DNA of 64,000 nucleotides from Candidatus Krumholzibacteriia bacterium (lineage in GTDB: Bacteria; Krumholzibacteriota; Krumholzibacteriia; Krumholzibacteriales; Krumholzibacteriaceae), in contig CAWIIQ010000001.1 of NCBI GenBank assembly GCA_963836185.1, forward strand, positions 512,001 to 576,000, given 5' to 3'. Positions 30,113-41,128 of the stretch are shown in pieces. The notes under the pieces are model-generated. The model had not been told where the DNA came from. It saw nothing but the letters and a program-made list of their open reading frames with translations, and searched no databases. A program made the position numbers and the translations under genes. The first letter of the stretch is position 1. Each line of letters begins with the position of its first letter.

Positions 30113-32929
30113 ATGAGTAAAACTATCAAGGTTCTGGCGCTGATGACCGGGATGATTGTTCTCACCGTCTCGGTGAGCGCGCAGATACCCGGGCGCATCA
30201 ATTACCAGGGACTTGTCGTGGACAAAGAGACGGGCGAAAGCCTCGAGGGGCCGGTGGTCCTGACTTTCAGGCTGTTCAAGCTGGATGATTGCGACACCGG
30301 CACCCAGTCAGATGCGTTTTGGTCCGAGATACATACCTCGGTCGATCTGGACAACGGGATATTCAGCGTCATGCTCGGAAGTGTGACGGCCTTTCCCGAC
30401 AGCCTTAAATTCGACGAGGAGTATTGTCTCGGCATCGAACTGGATGGAGAGGAACTGCTGCCGCGGCAGCCTCTCTCATCGGTCGCCTATGCGATGAATT
30501 CTCTTCGGGCAGATACGGCGCTGACGGTCCTCGAGTATCCCTCTCACAACCACAACGATCTGTACTACACCGAAGCGGAACTCAACACCGCCGGGACGCT
30601 GAACGATCCTGCGAACCCGGTTGACTGGACGAACCTGAAGAACGTTCCGGCTGATTTTGCCGACGGGATAGATAATACATCCGCGGGGGGATTCCTCGAG
30701 GTCCTCGCTGGAGAGGGGCTTTCGGAAGAGGTGCTTGGGGACACCAAGGTCCTCTCCGTCACGCCCGGCGGGATCCAGGAGACGATGCTCGCAGACAGCG
30801 CGGTCACCGGGGACAAGATCCGCAGCAACTCGATCACTTCCTCGCAGATCGCCTCCGGTGCGGTCACCGCAAGCGAGATAGCTTCCGGGACTATCACCTC
30901 CGCGCAGATAGCGGCGAGCACGATCACGGCAGCCGAGATCTCCGGCAATACGATAACCGCGGCTCAGATCTCTCCTGCCGCGATCACCGCCAACGAGATA
31001 TCCGGCAACACCCTTACGGCCGATCAGCTGGCGACGGCCGCGGTCGACAGCGATGAGCTTGCCGACAGTTCTGTCACGACTGAAAAGATAGCCCCGGATG
31101 CCGTGACGGGAGCCGAGATTGCGGACAATGCGGTGACCACTTCGGAAATAGCCGACGGCACGGTCATGTTCGGTGATATCGGGCAGAACGGAGCCTCGGC
31201 AGGCCAGGTGATGATGTGGAACGGCTCGGCCTGGGTGCCTGACGACGACAGCGAAGGCGGAGTCGGGGACATCACTTCCGTTACGGCAGGCGCCGGATTG
31301 AGCGGCGGCGGGGACACCCTTGATGTGACGCTTGCCGTCGATTTTGCCGGTACAGGTACCGTCGATTCAGTGGCTAGAAGCGACCACGGCCACGATCTGA
31401 CTTATGTGAACGAAGGACAGATCGATGCGGTCAGCGGCGCGATGATCGTAGACGGGACGATCGGTTTCGAGGATATCGCTCAGAACGGAGCATTGGCCGG
31501 CCAGGTGATGAAGTGGGACGGTCTGGCCTGGGCCGCGGCGGATGATTCTGTCGGTGCCGGTGGATCCGGCAGCGGGGGATGGGCCGACGACGGGTCCGTT
31601 GTCAGGCTCGAGGCCGGCATCGATTCCGTGGGGATCGGGACGGCAATGCCGACGGAGAAACTCGATGTAGTCGGAAACATGCGCGTGAGTGGAACGGCTG
31701 TGACCGGACCGGGGCATAACATCCACCCCGGCGGTAACGGCATCAATATTACCGGGGAGAATCACGAGGCGGATGGCGACAATGTCATAATAGGCGGAGG
31801 TTCGGAGAACCAGGCGCATGGCGATCATACGACGGTCGCGGGCGGCTGGCAGAATACTGCCGATAGCGACTTCGCGACAGTCGGAGGAGGGACATTGAAC
31901 AGGGCCCTCGGAATGTATTCGGTCGTATCCGGTGGCGGAGGAGAATACTCCCACGAGGAAAACAGGGCGGAAGGCAATTACTGCGTGATCGGGGGAGGGA
32001 GTCAGAACAGGGCCGGGAGTACCTCAAGTCCCGAGGAGGATTATTACTACGCTACCGTCAGCGGAGGGCAGGACAACCGGGCAGAGAGAAGATACTGTAC
32101 TGTGGGAGGGGGCCAGGAAAACAGAGCGAGTGAAGAGTACGCGACAGTCGGCGGCGGCAGGCAGAACACCGCAGAGGGGAGATCGACAGTCGGGGGCGGC
32201 AGCAACAACATGGCTCTTAACGGAAACAGCACCGTCGCGGGCGGTATGGACAATACAGCGCATAATGGTGCGACAGTCGGCGGCGGCAGTAATAACCTCG
32301 CCAGCGGGGACGGATCGACGATTCCAGGAGGGCGAGAGAACGAAGCGACTGAAACCGGCACATTTGCCGCCGGATCGATGGCTAGAGCGAGGCACGAGGG
32401 CTCGTTTGTCCTCGCGGCGAGCTGGCCGTCGAGTGGTGACGATACGATCTCTACAGGAGGGGACGAGCAGTTCGTCATCCGTGCCGACGGGGGGATCTAC
32501 CTGACGAACACGAGCGAGCAGGCGACCTACAACCCCACGAGGTTAATAAATACTTCGACCGGAGCATATCTCGCCAATGACGGTACATGGCACGACTCAT
32601 CTGACCGGAACCTTAAGGAGAATTTCGAGCCGGTCGACGGTGAGGAACTACTCGAGAAGATCTCCGAACTTCCCGTCACGAAGTGGAACTACAAGATCGA
32701 CGATGGGAAAGCATCGCACATCGGCCCCGTAGCGCAGGACTTTTACTCGATCCTTGGCATAGGCAGCGACGACAGGACGATTGCCGCCCTTGACGAGGCA
32801 GGCGTATCTCTCGCCGCGGTCCAGCAGCTCTACCTGAGATCGAAGGGCCAGGAGAGCGAGATTGAGGACCTGAGAAATGAGATCAGTGAGCTGAAGAAGC
32901 TCGTCAGGACGTTGTTGGACAAAGAATAA
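30113..32929 (+). CDS. Secreted tail-fibre/adhesin-like protein with C-terminal Peptidase_S74 intramolecular chaperone
   Basis: Signal peptide + INYQG; 10-aa ITxxQI repeats; TVGGGxxNxA repeats; SSDRNLKENF..WNYK..HIGPVAQDF; terminal coiled coil. Confidence 0.88.
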   Translation: MSKTIKVLALMTGMIVLTVSVSAQIPGRINYQGLVVDKETGESLEGPVVLTFRLFKLDDCDTGTQSDAFWSEIHTSVDLDNGIFSVMLGSVTAFPDSLKFDEEYCLGIELDGEELLPRQPLSSVAYAMNSLRADTALTVLEYPSHNHNDLYYTEAELNTAGTLNDPANPVDWTNLKNVPADFADGIDNTSAGGFLEVLAGEGLSEEVLGDTKVLSVTPGGIQETMLADSAVTGDKIRSNSITSSQIASGAVTASEIASGTITSAQIAASTITAAEISGNTITAAQISPAAITANEISGNTLTADQLATAAVDSDELADSSVTTEKIAPDAVTGAEIADNAVTTSEIADGTVMFGDIGQNGASAGQVMMWNGSAWVPDDDSEGGVGDITSVTAGAGLSGGGDTLDVTLAVDFAGTGTVDSVARSDHGHDLTYVNEGQIDAVSGAMIVDGTIGFEDIAQNGALAGQVMKWDGLAWAAADDSVGAGGSGSGGWADDGSVVRLEAGIDSVGIGTAMPTEKLDVVGNMRVSGTAVTGPGHNIHPGGNGINITGENHEADGDNVIIGGGSENQAHGDHTTVAGGWQNTADSDFATVGGGTLNRALGMYSVVSGGGGEYSHEENRAEGNYCVIGGGSQNRAGSTSSPEEDYYYATVSGGQDNRAERRYCTVGGGQENRASEEYATVGGGRQNTAEGRSTVGGGSNNMALNGNSTVAGGMDNTAHNGATVGGGSNNLASGDGSTIPGGRENEATETGTFAAGSMARARHEGSFVLAASWPSSGDDTISTGGDEQFVIRADGGIYLTNTSEQATYNPTRLINTSTGAYLANDGTWHDSSDRNLKENFEPVDGEELLEKISELPVTKWNYKIDDGKASHIGPVAQDFYSILGIGSDDRTIAALDEAGVSLAAVQQLYLRSKGQESEIEDLRNEISELKKLVRTLLDKE

Positions 32930-33067
32930 AGGCTTGATAGACAAAGGGTTACATTCCTCCGCGTTTTTCCCGTTGTAATAACTGATAATAATTAGTGTAT
33001 TATTATACGTGGCCTGATTATCATGTGCCTTGCCGACTTACATCCATGTATCAGGGAGCGTGAAACG

Positions 33068-34351
33068 ATGAGTATCTCTTCAGGACCCTGGATTCGTTTG
33101 CTGTATCGTCTATTATTCTGCTTTCGATCTCCGCTGTCGCGCCGCGGCGGGGCTATTCTCGGGCCTGAGCAGATCGTCCAGGCGGGCGGCATGGATATTA
33201 ACATTCCCGGATACTCGGTCCCCTCGTTTGTCGACTGGAACAGTGACGGCCTGAATGATCTCGTGGTAGGAGAGGGAAGCGGGCTCACCGGGTTCGGCCT
33301 TGTGCGCGTATATCTCAACAGCGGCACTCCGGGTGATCCCGCCTTTACGGGGTATTTTCATGCGCAGTCGAACGGGTCCGTGCTGCAGAGTCCCGGCGGC
33401 GGCTGAATGGGGATCTTTCCCCGCGTGGTCGACGCGGATCTGGACGGCCGGAAGGACTTGCTCACAGGCGAGGCCGAAGGCAACATCAGGCTCTATCTCA
33501 ATATCAATACAGATACAGATCCGTCATTCGATGGCGGCACTCTGATCGAGGTCGGCCCGGCCGGCTCGAAGACAGCCATCGATGTCGGGCAGCGCACGAC
33601 CCCTGTTGTAGTCGACTGGGACAACGATGGCAGGAGGGATATCGTCGTCGGCAGCAAGGACGGCGTGGTGAGGCTCTACAGAAACACCGGCACCGATGCG
33701 GCATGGGATTTCGAAAGCGCGGAGATGATACTCGATGGAGGTATCGATCTCGTTGTACCTGCTCTTCGATCGAGCCCGCATATCGAGGACCTCGACGGCG
33801 ACGGGAAAAAGGACATTCTTGCAGGCAACACAGCGGGCCAGATCATGACCTGGTTCAATACGGGCACGGATGCCGTGCCTGTCTATAACGGATACACCCC
33901 TGTCGAGTCGGACGGTTCGGCGATAGACCTCGCTGGCGACCAGAGAGCGCGGCCTTTCGTATGCGACTGGAACGACGACGGGATCAGGGATCTGTTGATC
34001 GGGTACGGCGACGGCCTGGTACGTCTGTACATCGGCCTGTCCGACCTGACGGAGTGCGTGTGCGATACTCCTGCTTCGGTCCGGTTCCTGCAGGCCTGGC
34101 CCAATCCATTCAATCCCGTTACGACGATCGGATTCGAACTCGATGTGAGGGGGCCGGCGAGTCTTCGCATCTACGACGCTACGGGAAGACTGGTAAAGAC
34201 TCTCGCGAACGGCCTCTTCGACGCGGGGCTTCACGAGACGGTCTGGAACGGGACGGGGGACGCAGGCCAGCGGGTCTCGAGCGGGATGTATTTCTGCAGG
34301 TTCGAATCGGGGACATTCCGGCAGACCCAGAAACTCATACTGCTGAGATAG
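33068..34351 (+). CDS. FG-GAP/VCBS-repeat + FlgD-Ig protein with in-frame UGA (33404-33406), predicted selenoprotein
   Basis: ORFs 33023-33406 and 33407-34351 share a frame and are separated only by TGA. Five DxxxDG repeats run across the junction. WPNPFNP...QKLILLR. SECIS-like hairpin follows the UGA. Confidence 0.75.
33412..33440 (+). promoter_or_regulatory. Putative bacterial SECIS element
   Basis: Stem CCGCGT(33421-26)/ACGCGG(33432-37) with loop GGTCG starting after a 20-nt gap from the UGA. Possible lower GAT/ATC pairing. Confidence 0.65.
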
Positions 34352-34374
34352 TCACTTAAAGCGAAGCCCGCAGC

Positions 34375-37300
34375 TCAATATTCTTTGCTCCAGTTGATTT
34401 CCAGCCCCGTTTCCTGATCCTGATCGATGAAGCTCTCGATCTTGAAACGTTTCGTCAGCTGGTACTCGAGGTTGATCAGGAAATTGGCCGTGTTCTCCAG
34501 GCCCTGTTCGTACTTGAGCATAGTCTTTGTGTTTATGTACTTGCCTACGGTCAGGGCCGTCTCATTCGGATCCCTCGTGCTCTGCTGGAAGGTGAACATA
34601 TCCACGCCGAGTCTTTTTGACATCTCCCCTTCCAGTTTCGAGGCGCCGAATACCAGCAGGATCTCCGTGGTCCGTTCCTGAAGCAGGTTCGACTGGGAGC
34701 CATCGAGGTTGTCCATTGTCTGGCCGAAAAGGAGGAGGGACATGATATCGCTCTCCGACTTGGCCGGATTGGAGGTGAGCTCGATCTCTGGCTCGAGCGC
34801 CGTTCCAGTGAGCTTGATGAAGATGTCTATGTCGGTCACTTTCGCTTTCAGGCTCAGGTCGAACGACGGATTCATCTCGTCCTCTCCATAGAAGAAGACA
34901 CTGCCGCGCTGGATCTCGAAGTACCTTCCCATGAAAGAGAGCCTGCCCTTGGTCGGTTTAAGTTCGCCTGTTATGACAGGCCTGTCTCCCTGCTGCCTGA
35001 TATGAAGGTCGCCCTCCAGCTCGAAGTTGATCCGTTCGCTCTCGATCCGGAAGGAGTTGGGAATGGAGATCGTCACGTCGATATCCATTCCTTTGAAGCC
35101 CTCCGGTTCACCTGCGCCCAGACTGTCCGGATTGCTGTTTTCAGCCGCCGTAGTGTCGTTCGAGATACGGAAGGAGTCGGCAGCTACCCACAGGATCGCG
35201 TCGCCTTCGACATCGTGAAGACTCTCCTTCATCTCGGGAAGGCGGAGCAACGCGCGCTCGATGACGACGCTTCCCCTGACGGACGGTCTGGCAAGGTCGC
35301 CTCCGAATTCAAGGTTTATTGTCGGGGAGGCCTGAAGATCGCTCGCTACCGCGATGGACATGTCTTTCGTGTCGAGCCGGCCGCTGAAGCCGGGGTTGGC
35401 GATATCTCCGGCTGCGGTGAATTCTATATTCATGATTCCTTCAAGGTCGATATCGGGCGGAAGCAGCGGATCGAGGTCGGTGAGGGCCAGTTCCTTCGAT
35501 TTGATTTCTACAAGCATCTCAGCGGCTTCAGGATGCTCGAGCTTGAAAGGGGCAAGAGTAACATCCAGCGGGTATTCGAAGACACCGGTCAGGACATCCT
35601 GTTTCGATTTCGTAAGTGAGAGACTGGCAGACAGGCCTGAAGTACGGGATCCGGCAGCTGCTCCCGCTGCGTTCCTCGAACTCATCAGCCGTGTAAGTGC
35701 TGTATCAGATACAGCCTCGCGCGCGTACGTCCCGTCTATGGAGAGCAAGTATTTTTCAAGCTCCTCGCCCCCTGTAAATGCGCAATCGAGCTGAACGACA
35801 GCTTCGGGATCTGAGAAGGTGCCCCTGGCCGCTATCCTTCCGCTGAGCGAACCAATCAGCCTGGGACTATCGGATATAAAGGGATTAGCGTTGCCCGACA
35901 CCGGCATCCCGTCTATGACCATGTCCATCATGAGCGGGCCCTTCTTGAACGATCCATCTTTCTGAAGGGGTGGAAGGGTGCTTTCCAGTGAGATGATCGT
36001 CTTCTTCGGGCCCTCGATACCAAACGACGCCTGAACGGCATGGTCGTCTGATGACACGTTGAAGTTGATCGCGGTCCTTCTCCCGTCGACGATCGTTATC
36101 CCGCTTATCATACCATCCGCGGTAACTCTCGAAAGGCCATCGGCGCGTACGTCGACAGTCACGCTGTCGGGCCAGAGGCGGTCAGTGATCCTGATCATCT
36201 TTGGCTTCTTTGGCACAGCGATCTCGATATGAGCTTCCAGGTCGGAGGAGTCAGGGGACGCGGACCCGTTCGCCCTTATGCTCCCGATGCTTCCCTCGAG
36301 AGAGAGCCCGTCCACGATGAAGCCGCCCCCGGCGATCGTGGATATCGTGAACGGACCTGTCGATGCCAGGGTCTGCCCTGAGAGAGAAGTGAAGAAGGTG
36401 TCGGCGCGAACGGAGAAGCCGTTCCCCTGCGGCATCCTCAAAGCGATAAGTATGTTCGAGTCGATTCCGTCGGCGGCAAGCCTTACGGCCGGGCCGGTCG
36501 TATCGCCAGGTTCCGCCTGATCGGTGTAGGAAGCCCTGACGCTGTCGAACATGACGACGCTTGTCTGGAGCCCTTCGGGAAGGAAAAGGCCGGCGGTCGT
36601 TATCCCCTCGTTCCTTTCTGCAGTCCCGGAATATCGCGGGATGACCAGGCCATCGGTGGAAAGCATGCCTTCGATGCCGATTGAATACAGACGGATCGTC
36701 CTTCGTTCCCGTGATCCTGCAGTCAGCGTTCATCGTCAGGTTGATACTTCTGCCGGCGAGCCGTTCCAGCCGCCGGACGAGAAGCGAATCGGAGAGTGAC
36801 ACTGCGGCTGCGAGATCGATCATCTCTCCGGCGATGCCGCCTTCCGCCGAGATCCTCAGCCCCTCGAATACGACCAGGGCGGTATCGACGGCCATGCTGC
36901 CGCCGCTGCCTTTGATCGAGACGAGGGCGGTATCGATCCATTCCGTTCTACCTAGATCGAAACGCCCCGCGATGGAGCTTCCGCTGTCTTCCGGCGCTAT
37001 TGCCGCCTCAAAATCTATCATCATCGGGCCGAGGTCTACGATTGCGTCTCCCTTTCCCGTCAGTGGAGCGAGCAAGCGCGGGCCGGGAAGCAATGCGGAG
37101 CCGGCCGCTGTTATCTCACGGCCATTGTGCGCGATTGTTCCGCCGACACTGAGTGAGAACGGCCCATCGGCCCGCCACAGGGCCGTCATGGAATCCCATG
37201 ATGAAGAATCGGGCTGGAGCATCGTTTTCAGCGAAGCGGGAGGTTCGGGCCACTCCCCGCGAATGTCAAACCGGCCGCTGCGCGTGGAGTCGATATCCGC

Positions 37301-38935
37301 GCTTACAGAGATTTTTCCGAACATCCCTTCGGTGTGAAGGTCCCGTATAGCAATATCGCCGGTCACGCCGTCCACGCGCACATTCCCGGCGAGATAAACC
37401 GTTCCCGAATCGGGCCATGTCCCGTCAGTGCGTGAGAGTGTCACATCGATGCCGGAGGAGAGATCGGCGACGGCGCTTGTTATGATCCTTATACCGGAGG
37501 TCTCTAAAAGAAGATCTGCCGTATATGGATCGCTTCTCTCCACGGGAATAAATCCCGAGACATCTATAGAATCCAGGGAGGTTCCACCCGCTGTAAGATG
37601 TCCCGTGAGCAGCATCGGTATTCCTTCCGGTCCCCCGCACTCACCAGTTTCGAGTCTCAGTTCGGCGGAGGTCCCCTCAGGGAGTGAAACTCCGGGAAGT
37701 ATACGTGTCAGCCATGTCATGCTGTCGGCCCTCAACTGTGCGGACAGATCGGGGATACTGTCTGTCAGCGAGCCGGAGGCGCTCAACATGAGTCCGGGCA
37801 TCTCGAGAAGCAGGTCTTCGACCTCTATCAGATCATCCGCGTATGTTCCGGAGAGATGAAGAGTGTCGATATAGGAGGTACCTCTGAGATGCATGTCCGC
37901 GGACGCCGAGAAAGACGGCGACAGGGCAAGGTGACCCGTGATATTGCCGCGGGCGCCTTCCAGGACCCCGATCCCTTCGAGCGAACCTGCAAGGAAGGGG
38001 AGAGCAGCCAGTTCTTCGGTTCCCGGGGTGAGAAACTCGATCTCCAGGTCGATCGATTCGATGCGGTGGTCGACGACCTTGGCGATGCCGCCGATTGATA
38101 TAAATACGCCAGCCGCGGCCGAAGGGCCGTCAGCAGGGACGATTCGGATCGTGAATGAACTGTCCGGCTCCGTACTGCATATCATGCGGACATCCATATC
38201 GTGGGGCAGCAGGATTCTGCCGTTACCATCGAGAGATGGAGCGGCCAGATCCGCTTTCAGCCGGAAACTGTCGACGGATACGGGTGCGCTGGACCTGTCG
38301 AGGGACAGTTCCTCGATCGCTATGAACGGTTCTGACCCGGAGAGAAGGTCCAGCCCGCCGGACAGCTTCAGTCCGACCAGCTCGACTCCATCCGCGGCGA
38401 TGATCCGCCGTCCTTCGACTTCGATCCTGTCGACGGCGATCGAGGGGACGCCGGGGAGCGATCCGGCACGGGGGAATCCGCCTCCAGAGCTTTCCTGATC
38501 CATTGATCTGTCCGTAGCACCGGCGCTGTCTGCCGAGTAGGCGAAGATCTCCGTGATCGCCGGGATATCCGCGCCGATTCCGCGAAGCGCGACCTTATGG
38601 ATGTGAATATCTCTCGAGAACAGTCTGGAGATATCGATCGATACGGCAAGTTCTCCCGCCTCGGCGAGGGTGTCCGTGTAGTCTGTCCAGGCCACTCCAT
38701 CGATCTCGATGGTTCCGAGGGAGGGCCAGCGCGCCTCCGATACTGCAAACTCGCCGGGAAGTGAATGCCCCGCCCTGGATATGGCAATATCAAGCGCCTT
38801 CTCACGTACGGGCCTTACGAGCAGGAGCAGCAAGAGGATGATCACTATGGCGAACAGCGCCGCCGCCGCAATGGCGAGTATCTTAAGTGTCTTTCTTATG
38901 CCGTTCTTAACATTCATCGTCTCTATACTCATCAC
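34375..38935 (-). CDS. tamB: Translocation and assembly module TamB; frameshift near 36680
   Basis: N-terminal TM; long beta-rich body; C-terminal DUF490-like LTSNP..SESDIMSLLLFG, LTVGKY and W..EY end. Directly downstream of an Omp85 gene. Confidence 0.82.
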
Positions 38936-40764
38936 ATCGGGTATCCGATAGCGAAGTGGAACGCGTATTCAGGTTCGTCCGGCTGGTAGTCAGTCAGCCT
39001 GTAACCGAAGTCGAAGCGAAGCGGGCCGACGGGAGTCATGATCCGGATTGCGGGACCTACGGCGATCTCGATATTGTCCCAGGTGAAGTCGCTGTGTGTC
39101 TGCCAGGCCTGTCCATAGTCGGCGAAGATCGCTCCATTGAATTTCCAGAAAAGCGGGAACCGCAGCTCGACGAAGCCTGTCATCATCACTTCGCCGCCGA
39201 GAGGCAGGCCGTTTTCGTCCAGCGGCCCAAGTTTTCTCCTGTTGAAGCCCCTGTGAGACGTTGATCCCCCAGCGTAGAACCGTTTGTCGGGGAGAAGCAC
39301 CAGTGATGGTGATATTGGAGTGGCCGATCCCAGGTGCAGGTTCGTAGCGAATGCGAGTTTCTTCGTAATGGGGATATGCGCCGTCCCATTGATCTCGGCG
39401 AGAAAATAGCTGCTGTTCGAAACTCCACCTTCCGGGCCGTACTGGATGCTGAACCAGGAATAAGTGCCCTTCGTCGGATTGATGCGGTCGTCAGTGCCGT
39501 CACGCACGATGCGATAAAAGAACCATGTAACCGGTCCCTTGGGATCCTCGAAGTATTCCTGCTCCGTCGTTTTGACGGTGTAGTCAGCCCTCTCGATCAC
39601 ATATCCGATCGATGATTTCATTGTGCGGGAGTGGGCAAGGCTGAGACCGACACCGATGCCGGGGGCTGTCTTGTCATAACTGTCCTCGCTGATGTCGTCT
39701 ATTCCGATTCGCAAGGTCCCTACCACCCTGGCATTGAACAGAGCCGGCCACCATGATACCCATCTGCCGGTCCTCTTGTACTGGGTGTAGGAGAGTTCGA
39801 TGCTAGAGCCGCGGCCTCTCTTAAAGAGGTTGGAATGCCTCCACCGGACCCTCGCGCTGAAGCCGTCGTCCGACCAGTATCCTCCCGCGAGTTCTATAAG
39901 GCGATGCTGCCTTTCCGAAAGCTCTACGACCATGGCAAGTGAGTCCGGCCCGGTATCCTCGAGCGAGATGCGGATCTGCCTGAAGAGCTGCAGGTTCGAG
40001 AGATTCTCTCTCGCGTCAGTGACCATCTTCGGCTTGAATCGTTCGCCCCTGTCGATGTTTATCGCGATCAGAGCCAGCTTGTTGAGATCCTCGCTCGCCC
40101 CGCTCGCACGGAAATCGTCGAAGTAATAGACCGCACCCGCCTCTATCTGGATGCGCACTCTTACCGTAGTCGTGTCTGTCATTTCCACGGATGATGACGC
40201 GGTAGCGCGGGCATGGCCTGCCTCTCTCAATATCTCCAGAACGGCTATTTCATCGGCTACAAGGTCATTGTCGGAAAAGATCGAACCAGCCTTCGTCTTC
40301 ATCTTTTCCGCGGCCGGTTCCCTGAAATGTTCAGGCAGGCCGTTGATCTGGAGGCCCGAGACTCTGACTGGAGGTCCGGGGTCGATATCAAGTGTGAGCT
40401 TGATCTCACGCTTATCCTCTTTCGCAGAGACTGACAAAGAGACCGTGCTGTATGGATATCCCCGTAAAGCGTAAAAGAGGCGTATCCTGTCGAGATCCCT
40501 TTCGAGGCTTCGCTCGTAGAGAGCGGCGTCCTTTTCCTTTAGCTCCAGGCCCTTCTCGAGCTCATCGATATATGTTTTGTCCGGGGCGGTGAGTGAAAGT
40601 GAGCTGACTTCCCAGCCCCGGTAGTTGGATATCTTGTCCCATATGGCAGTGTCATCGGCAACAACGGAGGAGGCGACAGAACCAGCGGCATGCACCTGCT
40701 CCTGCTGCGCATGAGCGGGTATGGTGATGGCCAGAAACATCAGAATGACAAGAAGGCGTTGCAT
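38932..40764 (-). CDS. tamA: Omp85-family outer membrane protein (TamA/BamA) with POTRA domains
   Basis: RFYAGGSTSHRGF, TPVGPLRFDFGY and FHFAIGYPM. The signal peptide starts at MQRLLVILMF (40764). Confidence 0.85.
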   Translation of the reverse strand: MQRLLVILMFLAITIPAHAQQEQVHAAGSVASSVVADDTAIWDKISNYRGWEVSSLSLTAPDKTYIDELEKGLELKEKDAALYERSLERDLDRIRLFYALRGYPYSTVSLSVSAKEDKREIKLTLDIDPGPPVRVSGLQINGLPEHFREPAAEKMKTKAGSIFSDNDLVADEIAVLEILREAGHARATASSSVEMTDTTTVRVRIQIEAGAVYYFDDFRASGASEDLNKLALIAINIDRGERFKPKMVTDARENLSNLQLFRQIRISLEDTGPDSLAMVVELSERQHRLIELAGGYWSDDGFSARVRWRHSNLFKRGRGSSIELSYTQYKRTGRWVSWWPALFNARVVGTLRIGIDDISEDSYDKTAPGIGVGLSLAHSRTMKSSIGYVIERADYTVKTTEQEYFEDPKGPVTWFFYRIVRDGTDDRINPTKGTYSWFSIQYGPEGGVSNSSYFLAEINGTAHIPITKKLAFATNLHLGSATPISPSLVLLPDKRFYAGGSTSHRGFNRRKLGPLDENGLPLGGEVMMTGFVELRFPLFWKFNGAIFADYGQAWQTHSDFTWDNIEIAVGPAIRIMTPVGPLRFDFGYRLTDYQPDEPEYAFHFAIGYPM

Positions 40765-41033
40765 TGAAACAGTATACCTTATAGGGAAGGTTTGGGAAAG
40801 GCAGGAACCTCCCGCTGCCTTGCATTCACTGCCTGTGATGGTCTTGCCCGGGCGGGCGGGATAGAGTCTTTTGTTGCAGGTCCGGGCGGTTTTCACCTCC
40901 TGAAGCGATGTCAATTTCCGTTTCCCGGCCGGAAAAAATGGCGGTCCTGACGTTCCCTGTAATTTCCCGTTTTTTCCCATGTTGCTGTTGTCGTTTTCCA
41001 TCGTCCCTGTAGTAATATTTCCAATCCCGGGGC

Positions 41034-41049
41034 GGGCATGGAACTTGCC
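41034..41049 (+). promoter_or_regulatory. Candidate sigma54 promoter
   Basis: GGGCATGGAACTTGCC has GG(41035-36)-N10-GC(41047-48), 80 bp upstream of the 41129 gene. Confidence 0.55.
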
Positions 41050-41128
41050 GAAATCCACTTCAGCCAGTGTAAATCTGTATCAATTCTCTCCCGCGTGACA
41101 GGGCAGAACGGCAGCAGAGGGGGAAGCG

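Noticed and set aside
30113-32929. Prophage or tailocin
   Set aside because: No other phage structural, integrase or lysis genes are nearby, and the fibre has a Sec-pathway signal peptide.
33404-33406. Genome-wide UGA reassignment (code 4 or 25) as the explanation for the in-frame TGA
   Set aside because: Many genes here end at TGA exactly where their families end (lemA, htpX-adjacent aminopeptidase, racemase, PIN toxin), and Trp is encoded by TGG.
40765-41058. N-terminal 98 aa of the 708-aa TamA ORF
   Set aside because: It reads as non-coding intergenic sequence containing the divergent promoter. The signal peptide starts at 40764.
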